A stretch of 63,659 nucleotides of DNA, the filler included, from Asterionella formosa (Eukaryota): the NCBI GenBank assembly GCA_002256025.1. It is 30 parts of 30 records of this genome, joined end to end, with 100 filler letters (N's around TTAATTAATTAA, not from the genome) between each part and the next. Parts side by side here need not be neighbours in the genome. Positions count along the whole stretch, not along the records: positions 25,242 to 41,499 come from NKIB01005012.1; 29 more parts are not named here. The stretch is one strand, 5' to 3'. Positions within the stretch are counted from its first letter, which is position 1; every line of letters starts with the position of its first letter. Positions 25,486-36,713 of this stretch are shown in pieces. The notes beneath the pieces were generated by a model. The model was not told the DNA's origin. It made no database searches and worked only from the letters and a program-made list of their open reading frames with translations. Both the position numbers and the translations under genes were made by a program.

Positions 25486-26405
25486 AGGCAATTCCCGCTC
25501 CAGCTATCGTCTTGCCATTCGGGTACTTCAAAGTAATTTTTAGGCTCTAAGTAATTTCTTAAGTAATTTTTATTTAAGAGCAATATGGGGCACATCGAAT
25601 TTTTCGGCAATAAAATTGCCGATTTTAGCATGACAACCAGAACAACGGTAATATGCATAGAGATGGTACAACAAGCGTAAAAACACACGAGAATGATTGT
25701 AACATGCAACATCAACGAAAATTGAACATGATGTTTGGAGCAACCAAAGTATGAAAGCCGATGTAATAAGTAGCATCAAATGAGAAATAGATAAAATTGT
25801 TTTGAGTTAGAAATTAAATAAAAAATAAGAGTTCCAATGTAGACGTATGCATTGTGAATCATTGTAGTACTTACACACCAGGCAACATTGACTTTCCATC
25901 ACCATACAATCGAAGACCGAAAAAAGAAGAAGAAAGAAGCTCAACCCAATGTAGACCTGCATCGTTATTTAGCGTCAATGGTCTGGTTGCTGCAACCATG
26001 CGCATCGCTGTAGTATTCTGACACCAGTAGCAGTATTTCCACCACAGTCATTCCTCTCCGCCCACTTAACAGGCAACCCTGATCATTCCATTCTGAGCAA
26101 GCGTGATCACCACGCTGCTCCAGCACTATTGACTCTCTCTAGCTGAGTATTCATGTAGCTTCTGATACGAACTCGTAGTAGAAATGTAGCAAAGCGCGTT
26201 AGTACAAGAAATGCATTGCTTGGCGGCAATATTGACATCATTGTCAATGACTATACAAATCAACAAATACGATCAACAATGGCACAATACCACATCTTCA
26301 GTGAGTAGTCATTGATAAATGCATTGGTTCTTATGTAGATATGTACAATCGAAACAAAACGACAGTGCGGAACGACAAACAACGATGGAAGCAATCAAAA
26401 CAAAA
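25486..26405 (-). mobile_element. Truncated copy of the non-autonomous TIR element at 36714-38643, in inverted orientation
   Basis: About 0.9 kb is the reverse complement of about 37735-38640. It starts with the TIR GGCAATTCCCGCTCCAGCTATCGT, preceded by TAAA. Confidence 0.8.
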
Positions 26406-27010
26406 AATCAGCATACAATCGTCATGGAAATAGAAAACCGGTATTCCGTCTGGGCAATAACAATGCATTACATCACAGTAGTTCAAAAATATTCTCAATG
26501 GGTCATGGCAGTTTTTTACAGGTACCTATGCCTGGCACTCCCTCTGTCCAGTGACAGTTGCATCAATAATTCAAATTTCTCCAAGGCCATTTGGACTCCT
26601 ACGATTTTTTCGTCTAAATTGCCCTATTTTGCAGCTTGATACAGATCAATAGATAAAATATAAATGTAGAAAGATTAAAATTGGCAACTACGTTTCAAAA
26701 GATTTTTTGATTTTCGCTTCTAGACATTTCGAGCAAAATGCATATACATGATGACCCATTTTCATCAAACCATCTATTATCAACATACATACAAAGTAGG
26801 ATACTAGAACAGTGGAATAATGACAACTTGCCTTCAAATATGAATTGCGCTAGGACCGCAAAAGTGGGGATGATGGGAAGGAAGAATATGATGATATGCT
26901 CCTTTTGAGGATTCGAACCATTAAATGTAACAACCATATAAATTATATGGAATGGTAGTTTTTATACTCATATTATAATTATGATAGTGATGTGTATTGT
27001 TCTGTTTCCC

Positions 27011-27330
27011 AGAGGGAATGACTTAGTGATTTAGCATGTTGCATTTGATCTGAGGTTGTGAGGTTCAATTCCCACAATTTTTTTGAGAAGCAATTGTTGG
27101 GTTCAACTCCCACACTCCTTACCATCCCGCACGGTCTTGCCTGGTGTGCAAGAAATAGTGGGTTGCCCCCATACAAGCAGCTTGTGCCACCTTCCTAGCT
27201 AGGTGGTCGGAGTTTCCCCTAATGCTGCAGCTAAAACGATCACCTTTCACAAAAGGTGATTGGGGACTCACCTACGCTAACTAAACTAGGGAAGCACATG
27301 TATTGTCGGCAGGTAGCACAATGAAATACT
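27011..27330 (+). other. Decayed tRNA-like head followed by hairpin-rich sequence, possibly a tRNA-derived SINE
   Basis: A-box-like TGACTTAGTGATTTAGC, B-box-like GGTTCAATTCC, a T7 run, a second B-box-like GGTTCAACTCC, and hairpins such as ATCACCTTT/AAAGGTGAT. It does not fold as an intact tRNA. Confidence 0.35.
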
Positions 27331-27740
27331 TGCCTTGAAAGAGGGGAGTACGAATAGGCTATAAAACATTTTAAGTTTTATTCTGTTTCCCGGAAATATT
27401 GGAGTGGTGACCGGCTGATGTAAAACAGCATTTCAGGATATTTACTGTTAGGCCGTTGCTAACGGTTGACCAAAACGCAAACCAAACAGTGTTTTGGTTT
27501 CGGTAACCCTAAAAAACGATGCTATTGGGAGTGAAAAACCCAACACAAACGCATTACGTTTAGTGGATTCCGTGCCCATATCCCATTAAGTTACCCAAAC
27601 GCATTACGTTTAGTTTTTTTTCCAAAGTTACCTAAACATAGGATTCCATGTTGACTACTTTGAATGTAGTCACTAGAAACCCAATTATTATCGTTGTAGA
27701 ATCACTACATATAGGAAAAATCATATATATCATATCTGTA

Positions 27741-27945
27741 TTCCACCCCAACTGCAAGCGCATAATTTCAATGAACGGTTCTTCTACAAAGATCAAAGGT
27801 ACTGACGGTTCTCCGGGATGTCCCACGGATGGCAGTGGTAAAGCATGGTCCCTAGATGGAATCGTCAAGGGTAACGAAATATTTGTCGACTTCACTCCCA
27901 AAGGTGGACCAAAGGATCTGAAAGGGTTTTTTTGGGATGGATATG
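27741..27945 (+). pseudogene. Captured fragment of a conserved small algal protein (HPNC..GTDG.PGC..VDFTPKGGP family)
   Basis: FHPNCKRIISMNGSSTKIKGTDGSPGCPTDGSGKAWSLDGIVKGNEIFVDFTPKGGPKDLKG. It lacks the family's N-terminus and C-terminal end. Confidence 0.7.
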
Positions 27946-28404
27946 GGAACAACGTGACATGTCGATTTCTCAATGGCCTTCTATTTCAACATGGTTCTCG
28001 CCCTCAATTGCTATCATTTTCACACCTTACACAAGTGAGACTCCAATATTGCCATGAAAGAGTTTCATCGAGTCCTGAGTGGGACGCCGGTGGATTGGGG
28101 TCCCTCCTTTGTCCCATTCAAGTCTATGGACCACTCCTCTCCCGGCATACTGCACGTGACCGTAGGAAAATTGACGACTAATGGATTCGGCTTTCTTGGT
28201 TGCATCTGATGCAACGTATTTATCAAGGAGGATGACATTGTTGGGAACATCGAGCCACTCCCCAACACCTCCAACGACAATAACTGAAGATATACCATGT
28301 GAGTTATATAGTCCATTGACCCGATAAAGAAGTGGTGTTATGCTTTCATCTTCGACTAGGGCCTGCATTCGTCCGTCTCGTGCCATAAAGTTGGCAGCAC
28401 TCAC
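27946..28404 (-). pseudogene. Captured C-terminal fragment of an ABC-class ATPase (ABC_ATPase / MRB1590-like)
   Basis: SAANFMARDGRMQALV..ESITPLLYRVNGLY..GISSVIVVGGVGEWLDV begins just after the Walker B position, with no Walker A. It decays into ..EIDMSRC near 27950. Confidence 0.8.
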
Positions 28405-29049
28405 ATTGTACTTGTCATACCCTTAAGTTTTTGGGTTTTGGTTTGGGTCAACGGTTAGCAACGGCCTTAGGTACCTATCCGGAAAACTTAACACTTGTAC
28501 CTGGTACCAAACTCCGGACTCCGGATTACCTGGTACTGGTACGGGTACCAGTAGGTCTATGGTGGTGAAATGTGGTGCAGCGACAATATGACGTCAGCAA
28601 GGAGTGCCTTACCGGTACCGGTACCCTGGTACCCTGGTAGTTAAAAATTCCGGTAATCACATGTGGCACATGGGTGGTGCATAACGAAGCAATAGCATAT
28701 TTCGTAAGTAACTTTTCAGTTGGTGGTAGGTACCAGGTACAAAGTACTGACAGGAACGTCCGGGCATCGAGATGTTTAGCTTAGTATTGTCTTAAGTTAA
28801 AAAGTTTTTTTACTGGACCTTCCCTTGTACCTACCTGGCACCAGTTACCCTGGACCACAGTACCGGTATGAATTCTACAAAGTCTACAAACCGTCTGGTA
28901 CTGCTTGCGTCCCAAAGCACATGTAACAATATATGTATTCCATTTAATGTGTCGTTATTTTATAATGTAAAATCAGCAATCAAGCAAGGGACGACGCAGC
29001 GTCACACACTTGTTGCTCAGAGTACAGCGATCAGAAACGTTCCTTCACC

Positions 29050-29523
29050 ATGTTTGCACTACGGCAATCTGTTGCATGCCATGCTGCACGATTAACTGGA
29101 GTGAGGAAGCTAGCACCAGTCATTTCATCAAAACAACTATCGTCCTTGCAAGCATTCAGCAGCGCTTCGTCCGTTGATTATTCTACCGACATCAAGGCCA
29201 TGACTGATGAAGAACTTACCAATACGTCAACGATTCCTGGCTGGGAATTTGTCCACAGTCCTCCACGTGAATATCCTAGAGGAGCTTTGGTGGGAAAAGT
29301 GGTGTCGGATAAAATGGACAAGACCGTCAATGTTGCAGTTGACCGATACAGAATTCATCCAAAATACCATAAACGCTTGAAGTACACTCGCAAGTTTATG
29401 GCTCACGACGAAACAGAGGTTGCTAATATGGGTGATTTGGTCATGATTGTGCCTTGTCATAAGATAAGCAAGCACAAGCATTTCATGCTTCGCGAAATTA
29501 TTCGGCGCACTGGTCAGCTGTAG
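29050..29523 (+). CDS. MRPS17: Mitochondrial ribosomal protein S17 (uS17m)
   Basis: LVGKVVSDKMDKTVNVAVDRYRIHPKYHKRLKYTRKFMAHDE...GDLVMIVPCHKISKHKHF with an R/S/A-rich presequence. Confidence 0.95.
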   Translation: MFALRQSVACHAARLTGVRKLAPVISSKQLSSLQAFSSASSVDYSTDIKAMTDEELTNTSTIPGWEFVHSPPREYPRGALVGKVVSDKMDKTVNVAVDRYRIHPKYHKRLKYTRKFMAHDETEVANMGDLVMIVPCHKISKHKHFMLREIIRRTGQL

Positions 29524-29988
29524 TTTGTTTTCTCACGCTGCCAGAGGTCTCTGTTGAGACAAAGATACCGGTAGGACTTTTAATTATTATAGCATGAAAA
29601 CGTAGGGAATAAAATAGACTAGAGTGAGAGCAATGATCTTACCAAAGTAATTGTGGTAGAAAGACTCTTGTAATTATTTCATCATATCGCTGCCCCAACC
29701 CAACAGGTGTGGAGAAGGAGATTGTTGAAGCAATTCACAACCTAGTTACATTGGTGTGCCATCCCTTGACTTCTACAAATCTATTGATCATGTCCACCAT
29801 TTTTAGTTTGCTATTGCCCAGCATATAAAACATTTATTGAATAATTCATAGCTTCAACTTCTGGATTGCAGGATCAGGCAATTGCATAACACATGAAACT
29901 TATTTTTTTATACTTTACATGTTACTACTATTTTTATTTTGAAAAGCTTCAGTGTAATTTAATGCCTTGCTAATTTTGCCTGTAAGCT

Positions 29989-30570
29989 CCATTGTTAAAA
30001 TTAGTGATGCTTTTTTCTAGCAAACTCCAGTACTGCCCCAGAATGAATTGTCAAGATCATTCTCATGCCACTTGTTTGCATATTATTCTGCTATGATATA
30101 AATACTGTTTATTTCCATTCAGACATTACTCAAACTATATCTAGTCTTCAGACACCTGTCAACATCAACTGCCTAACAGACACATTCTGAGACCCTCCCA
30201 TGTTGATGCTCAGCATACACCACATCGTCCAGAGGTGTATGCTCAACATAACCTATCCTACAGGATTTTTCAGTGTTTTCAATCCTTTTTTGTTTGACCT
30301 TGCTGTTTCTAGGAATCGCCCTCTAATTTGCACATATGCCCACATACAACTTGTACTAGCGAGCACTCTACCATGTTAAAATTAGTTGCACTTCTTTCTA
30401 GTGTGCTCCAGTACTGCCCTGGAATGACTGTTGAGAGCTTTTTTCTCATACTGCTTGTTTCTGTATTATTTTGCTATATAAATACAGTTAATTTCCATTC
30501 AGACATTCCTCAAAATTCTTCTAGCCTTTGGACAGCTGTCTACATCAACAGCCTAACAGATACATTCTGA
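29989..30570. repeat. Diverged direct repeat of about 200 bp (29989-30190 and 30371-30570) within decayed TE-like DNA
   Basis: Shared TGTTAAAATTAGT, CTCCAGTACTGCCC, ATTTCCATTCAGACATT and GCCTAACAGA.ACATTCTGA. Confidence 0.75.
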
Positions 30571-31559
30571 CTCGCCATCACAGACCTCTGTGTCTATTTC
30601 AAGCACCACATGTTGCCATGAATTTCAATGTCTAATCATGATCCTTCACCTTGAACTACTCCCCCGGTTCCCATCCAAGATTCCAGGCAACGCATCAACT
30701 TCGCCCAAAGATGAAGTGCCAGTCAATTTAATCACCACTTATAGAATTCTGCCAGTACCTAGCTACTCCTTTTAATGACAGCAGATGATGAAAATATTCC
30801 AACATTTAACAATTCAATCAGAGCAGAAGCCACTTTCAACTACAAATGTCATTCCTTCATGTTTGATAAAATTACTTGCTTCTTGGACTAGAAAAATCGA
30901 AATGTAGAAGCTAGTATGCCGCTGTTCCAATGCTGTTGGGAACCAACCTATGTTAGTCAGTTTCTTCAGCAGCCTGAGCCGTCGCTTCAGATTGTGTTGA
31001 TCTTTCCTTTTGAAGAGTTGCTAGTACTACAAAGTGCCTTCCTCGAAAACCTTGCAATATCATCAAGTTACAAAGTATGTTCTTAGGGTGCCATCATACT
31101 GCATCACATTGCTAAGTTGATCATACAGTAAGAATGCAATTATGTAGTACATACTTTTGTTGCTCATTTGGTAGCGTGTCACATACTACCCTTGATATGG
31201 GATGCAGATTCTTCAAAGAGACGGAGATTTTGGCTCCATCTATGCCAGGCTCCATGGCAGAGGAGCCGTTGTTTTTGTGTGATATTTTTCAAATTAAGAA
31301 TTATTGGTATTTTGTGTCCAAATCTGTCCAGTCGACCACACTCAGAAATGGAATGATTGATCAATTTTTGGCGCGTTTTTCGTAGAATCGCGCCCCAATC
31401 GGAATGTTTGCTTTACAACCCCCCACCCCCTTTTCGTTGACCCTTCCTCAGCCCAAATTTTTGTATCTCACACATCCAGGTGGCTGGTATGTTGCTTCCA
31501 GCAACACATTTTTTGTTGCTCCGAAAGGTGTATCTGTGTGTATCACTGCAGATACAGCA

Positions 31560-32200
31560 TTAAGCAACACTAATTTTGTCATAAATACTGCCAATGATTC
31601 TATTATAGATTCCGATTTATCCCCTTCCCAATTGTCTGCTTTTTCATCTCCAGTCCCTGCTGATCTTTAATTGGATAATTCCAACCAGCCATGGGACAGA
31701 GGAGTACATGATCAGTCAATTTGTACACAGCATCACCTACTATGTATTGTCCTGGATGAAGGTTGGATACAATCTGAAAGAGCTGTGTTCTTTCAAATGC
31801 CTTCTTCTGATCTGGACATTTTCCTGGTGTCACAACACCAAAGTATAGGAAACAACAATTACTGTTGCAAACAGCTTGAACATTCAATCCATTCAACATA
31901 CAATGCCCAGACCAATAAGCTTGAGGGAAGCTGTCACAAACCTTTTTTCTTGGTGTGTCAATAGGCTGTAAATACCCATCTTTTGCACCAATGAATCCAC
32001 GAAATAGTTGCTGCTTGCTTTTTTCAAGAAATCCATTCATCACTGCTTGCTTCTCTTTGTTTGTTACAGGGAATTTAATCGAAAATGCAGTGCAGGAGTT
32101 CACTGCATCAAGTAATGTTTTAGTGATTGCATCAACAGATGGATAAGAAACTCCATAGACAGAAACAAATGTCTATGAGGTTTCCGCCGCCTGCAAGCCA
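31560..32200 (-). pseudogene. PIF/Harbinger (DDE_Tnp_4, HARBI1-like) transposase remnant
   Basis: FRGFIGAKDG, YWSGH..GLNVQAVC..CFLYFGVVTPGKCPD and YIVGDAVY. Truncated before the third catalytic residue. Confidence 0.85.
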
Positions 32201-32772
32201 GTGGCCTATTATTATTTTGCTGTCTGATGCACATGTTTGCGGAGACACAAAAAAGAGGCTAACTGTTTTGCCGTTACCTGGTACCGAGATATTCTTTGTG
32301 AAATGTATCAGTGTTCAGATTCTTTTTTTTTTCTGACGAAGCATTGCTCGAATGGAGGGTGGGAATAATCGTGGCTGATGGTACTGGTACCGTACTGCAC
32401 CGGGTCCCACGTACCGCCACAAGTACCTAGCATCCTAGTATAAAACATGCAAAAGCTATATTAATTCATACACCGGTATGAACATCATATAAACGGTACA
32501 AATAAAAATGTTGATTAATGGATATGCTAAAACCACGAAAACAAAGCAAATGAAAATACCCAAATTTTTTGATGATATTTGCAAAACATCATTTTCGCCT
32601 GTAAAATTGCAGTTTCCATGCCTTTGGTTTTGAGATGATTCTAACAAACAACTTACGACCAAGCAAAGGCCTGTTTGTTGAATGCATTCAAGTGCACTTG
32701 AAGCAAAACCTCTACGCACCTCCTTTCCTCCAAAAGGTCGTTCGAAACAGTACGAATAGCTTAAAATCAGAT

Positions 32773-33750
32773 ATGGATCATCGAAGCGAACGCATATCGC
32801 AGGACGGCGATTCGTCGGAGGAGAATCGTCGGCGGTTGGATACGGAATGCATGGCACTCAGAGCTAAGCTGCAATCGATAAGGAACCGCCGGCATGATGT
32901 GAAGCTTCTAGTGAATGAAGTTACGGGTAAACAAATTACCAATCTTATGGAAAGGAAGAACCGAGCTATTCATTGCCGACAACTGGCATTCGAAGACTAT
33001 CAGTCGGCAGTCTCGTTAAAGTACCAAACTTGCAAGTGGTTGGATTTGGCGCAAAAGTGGAACGTAACGAATGACTGCTTTTATATTTGGCATCGAGGCC
33101 CTTTTGTAACAATCAATGGTCTACGGCTGGGTAGTGAAGTATCAGCTTTGCCTTCAGCACAGACTATCAACTCTTCAGACGTTGTCGGCAGCACGTCAAG
33201 CGGCGCCAATTCCACGATCTCCAGTCGCAGTGGCACATCGGAGAATCAAACACAAAATGGAAGCAACCATCCAGCGCCGCAAATTAACGATGGATACAAA
33301 GTGCCTTGGGTGGAAGCGAATTCAGCCTTGGGAATTACAGCTTTGCTCTTATCAACCCTGGAACAGAAAACGAATAGCGGAATCCGGTACCAACATGAGA
33401 TTGTGCCAATGGGCAGTGCAAGTAAAATTGGGCTGCGGAACGGAGGGTCGGTGACATACTATAACTTGTACTCTGATGACAGCTTTCAGTTCTTTGGCAA
33501 GCGAAACTTCAACATTGCATTGGCTGCCTTGCTTCAGTGTGTCAAGGATGCAGCCGAAACTGTCGAGAAGGTAGATCGAACGATTGCTATTCCTCATGCT
33601 ATTGAAAAGACAGCGAAAGGAGAACTGATTGTGGGGGGACTTTCAATTGCTTACGGTGTAGACGGAGAACAGTGGACTAGGAGTATGAAGTATATGCTCA
33701 CTGATATCAAATGGTTAGTTGCATATACCACCAAGCACGTGGATCGATAA
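32773..33750 (+). CDS. ATG6: Atg6/Beclin-1-like protein (short coiled coil + BARA domain); upstream in-frame ATG at 32635 is possible
   Basis: NVTNDCFYIWHRGPFVTINGLRLG, VPWVEANSALG, FNIALAALLQC and EQWTRSMKYMLTDIKW. Confidence 0.88.
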   Translation: MDHRSERISQDGDSSEENRRRLDTECMALRAKLQSIRNRRHDVKLLVNEVTGKQITNLMERKNRAIHCRQLAFEDYQSAVSLKYQTCKWLDLAQKWNVTNDCFYIWHRGPFVTINGLRLGSEVSALPSAQTINSSDVVGSTSSGANSTISSRSGTSENQTQNGSNHPAPQINDGYKVPWVEANSALGITALLLSTLEQKTNSGIRYQHEIVPMGSASKIGLRNGGSVTYYNLYSDDSFQFFGKRNFNIALAALLQCVKDAAETVEKVDRTIAIPHAIEKTAKGELIVGGLSIAYGVDGEQWTRSMKYMLTDIKWLVAYTTKHVDR

Positions 33751-33799
33751 CGAATTGCATCCGTTCAATCGAATCTACTTCTAACAGTAGTCCAAAAAT

Positions 33800-35974
33800 T
33801 TAAGCTGTTCGGGGCCTAAATTCTGGTTTTACGTTGCGGCACCAACTGAATGGGATGCTTGTGTTTTTCTGGCTCATGAAAAGTTTCTCAAGTACGGATG
33901 GTGGAACACTTGATCGAAGCATACCAAGCTCGGTTTTACTGACAAAGCCATCGTTGCAGCAGCGATCAAACAAGCCCTCCATTAAAGTCGCGCATTCGGA
34001 TCTGCTATTGACAAGGTTTTGACAGCATTTCATGATCATGCGATATGTTATTTGATTTGGGCGGCCACCAAAGTCAGAATGTAAGAGCTCAAAAGCTTGA
34101 AGGGCATATCTCATGGCAGCTTCCTTTTGATAGGGACTAGCCGCCTTTGGTAAATTCGCACAAGCACTTATGAAGGTCGTAAAGACGACAACATCAACAG
34201 TTCCTGACAGCTTTCCTGTTTTGGCAGCGAGCAACATACGTTGAAACAAATCATGTGCCCTTTCCGCCTGATCGTCACAATTACTCTTTGACCATGCATT
34301 AATCGCAGGACTATAAGTGAACGCAGATGGTCGCATCCGTCGGTTGCCTTGTTCATACAAACTTTCCATCTCTTCCAATAGGCGTGTGGCTGTTGTTGCG
34401 CCTTCTAGCGTTTGCGTTTTTGCTGCAGCGGAAATGACTGTATTATAGGAAATTTCGTCTGCTTCGATTTTGTTATTGTTTCGCAGCCGTTGAAATACGT
34501 CGATAACTTTCTGAAAATTTCCAGTGGCACTGCAAGCGCCGAGGACGCTGTTATAAGTAATAACATTAGGATGGCAATATTCCTCCATCTTCTGTAAAAT
34601 TGCTTCGGCACGATCTGCAGCATCGACACGTCCACTTCTTGCCCATGCTGTTATCACTGTATTTGCAGTCGCTTCATTCGGTTTGAAGTCTATATCTCCA
34701 GTTTCTTCGTACAGCTTTAGCATTGTGTTGAGCACAGCTTCAGACCTTTCCGCTGACTCGATGGATCCTTGACAACGAGCCCAAGCTGATGCGACAGTTG
34801 TGAAAGTCACTACATTTGGTTTGACTGGTACTCCTTCACGATAGAGGTCAATCATGTCCTCCAGGATCTTCTCTGCCCTTTTTGCCCCTTCTCCATTCTT
34901 TTCCGTCATCTCGCTACGAGCCCAAGCATCTATGACCAGTGAAAATGTACGTGTAGTCGGCGCCAACCCAATGTCATTTTCATCCATCTCGTCAACTTCG
35001 CCAAATACCTTATTTTGATGAAATTTTACAAGTTGACCCAGTATCTCTTCAGCCATGATCGCCCCTTCCTTGCCTTTGTTGCTGTGAACCCATGCATGAA
35101 TGGCTGAATTGAACATGATGACAACTGGAGTAACTACAGTACCCGAAAGAGATATGTTCCCTTCTAATTGCCTCGTCTTGTTCTCCACAACTACTTGGAG
35201 GATCGCCATCACTCGCTCTGCAGCTTCGTTGGATTTGCTTTGTGCCCACGCATCCATGACAGCACAGACACTTCGTGAATTTGGAGCAGCGCCGTGAAAA
35301 CATTTGTAATCTATGCACTCATAATGCCAATCTTCCATTTTCGAAAAAATTTGTTCCGCTTTGGTGCCAGCTCTGTCAAGTCCAGTTTTGGCCCATGCGT
35401 TGATAGCTATATTAAAGCTTAGTTGGTTGGGTTCAGGTGGAACAAGTGCCCCATCTGGTGTAGTTAAAGCATATTCCCTACACCTAGCGATCATGGATTC
35501 CAAAATAGTTTGAGCCTTCTGCCCTCCTGATTGCCCCTTGCTCAAGGCAAAGGCCTGCAACACAAAGTTGTAAGAGGCCGTATCTGGTCTGAGATGAATT
35601 CTATTACGTGTTCCTTGCGGTGGCTCCAAATTAGACTCTAGTCGTTTCAACAATGAAAATGCATAGTCAGCTGCGTCGTCCACGGTCGCCGAGTGCTTGG
35701 ACCATGCATCCATGACCTCGCTGAATTCATTAATTCTCACCTTTGAGAGTTCCTTATCAGATAGACTCAGCAGCCGATTTGTTTCGAATACTAGGGATTC
35801 TCTACTTCTCGGTGAGCCCATGATTGTATTCGAAGCAATAGGTTCTTGCCCATTGCAACAGGCTGCATCAGAACTTTGGCGAACAGCAGAGAGAGATAAG
35901 GTGGCCAGTCGCTGACAAGTCCAAGGCAAAACCTGAGCTAAAGAGGACACGGAGATTCTTCTTCCATAAAGCAT
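33800..35974 (-). CDS. Pentatricopeptide-repeat protein, diatom type, probably mitochondrial
   Basis: Repeated P(D/N)xxS(Y/F)Nxx(I/L)xAWAKS...A.RAE.IL..M units. The first ATG is at 35974 (the ORF track starts at TTG 36019). Confidence 0.92.
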   Translation of the reverse strand: MLYGRRISVSSLAQVLPWTCQRLATLSLSAVRQSSDAACCNGQEPIASNTIMGSPRSRESLVFETNRLLSLSDKELSKVRINEFSEVMDAWSKHSATVDDAADYAFSLLKRLESNLEPPQGTRNRIHLRPDTASYNFVLQAFALSKGQSGGQKAQTILESMIARCREYALTTPDGALVPPEPNQLSFNIAINAWAKTGLDRAGTKAEQIFSKMEDWHYECIDYKCFHGAAPNSRSVCAVMDAWAQSKSNEAAERVMAILQVVVENKTRQLEGNISLSGTVVTPVVIMFNSAIHAWVHSNKGKEGAIMAEEILGQLVKFHQNKVFGEVDEMDENDIGLAPTTRTFSLVIDAWARSEMTEKNGEGAKRAEKILEDMIDLYREGVPVKPNVVTFTTVASAWARCQGSIESAERSEAVLNTMLKLYEETGDIDFKPNEATANTVITAWARSGRVDAADRAEAILQKMEEYCHPNVITYNSVLGACSATGNFQKVIDVFQRLRNNNKIEADEISYNTVISAAAKTQTLEGATTATRLLEEMESLYEQGNRRMRPSAFTYSPAINAWSKSNCDDQAERAHDLFQRMLLAAKTGKLSGTVDVVVFTTFISACANLPKAASPYQKEAAMRYALQAFELLHSDFGGRPNQITYRMIMKCCQNLVNSRSECATLMEGLFDRCCNDGFVSKTELGMLRSSVPPSVLEKLFMSQKNTSIPFSWCRNVKPEFRPRTA

Positions 35975-36713
35975 CTGAGCGATGCGAAGTAAGCAGGGGA
36001 CGCCTGGTGTCAAGGGCAATTGTCAACAACAGAAAGGACAACAGTGAGTTCGGAAAACTGAATTCTATGTAGTCGACTTTTGTTAGAGCATGCAACTATT
36101 CATATAAAATCCTCTGATACAGCTCTGAATAACTAATGACATCGATTTCTCCAAATTCCACAAGTACACTACAGTTATTCACTTGTACTTTTACTTGTCG
36201 GGGTGATGGATCAAGTTGGATGTCAAATTGCATTTGGACCTGCGGTTGATAGCAGGAGAGACGAGATATGACTTTTACCAGGGTGCCGGCACACTTGCAA
36301 CCTTTACCATGTATATCTATTTATCATTATTCGTGTAATTATATATATTATACAGCAGTCAAACATTTTTAAAAACCGAAATGTTTTGGCCTTTTTCCCG
36401 AAAAGAATGAAAAACTTCGAGTTTCACCGAGATCTTAGAGCATCGCCACCGCATCGACCAAATACCAAGCCAATCGAACTCAATGGACTAATATTTTATA
36501 TTGTTAAGGTTGCGGCCCCGCAGTTACACATCGCAAGGTCTGTTTTCTTCCAAAATAATTTTATTGTGTACTTTAATCTACACAGTACTTGCAACGAAAT
36601 AAAATAGTTAAAGGTAAAATTAGCTTTCACCAATACGACCACTTTGCATATGCTTAGATACAGTCATTCCTCGACTTAACAATATAAAATAAATGACATC
36701 CCATTTATACGAT

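Larger units (their letters stand above)
27451..28466. mobile_element. Pack-type non-autonomous PIF/Harbinger element (1016 bp) carrying two host-gene fragments
   Basis: TTA|GGCCGTTGCTAACGGTTGACCAAAAC ... GTTTGGGTCAACGGTTAGCAACGGCC|TTA, giving a 24/26 TIR match and a 3-bp TTA TSD. The subterminal repeat CAAACGCATTACGTTTAGT occurs twice. No transposase. Confidence 0.9.

Noticed and set aside
27011..27077. Functional tRNA gene
   Set aside because: The acceptor and anticodon stems do not pair; it is kept only as a tRNA-like remnant.
27648..28181. 177-aa ORF as a genuine chimeric gene
   Set aside because: It joins TE sequence, a captured fragment and the antisense of the ATPase fragment. Nothing in the sequence alone supports expression.
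36279..36705. hAT-like MITE ends and a 17-bp inverted repeat (TATTTTATATTGTTAAG / CTTAACAATATAAAATA)
   Set aside because: The matches are short and AT-rich and I found no TSD, so no element could be delimited.
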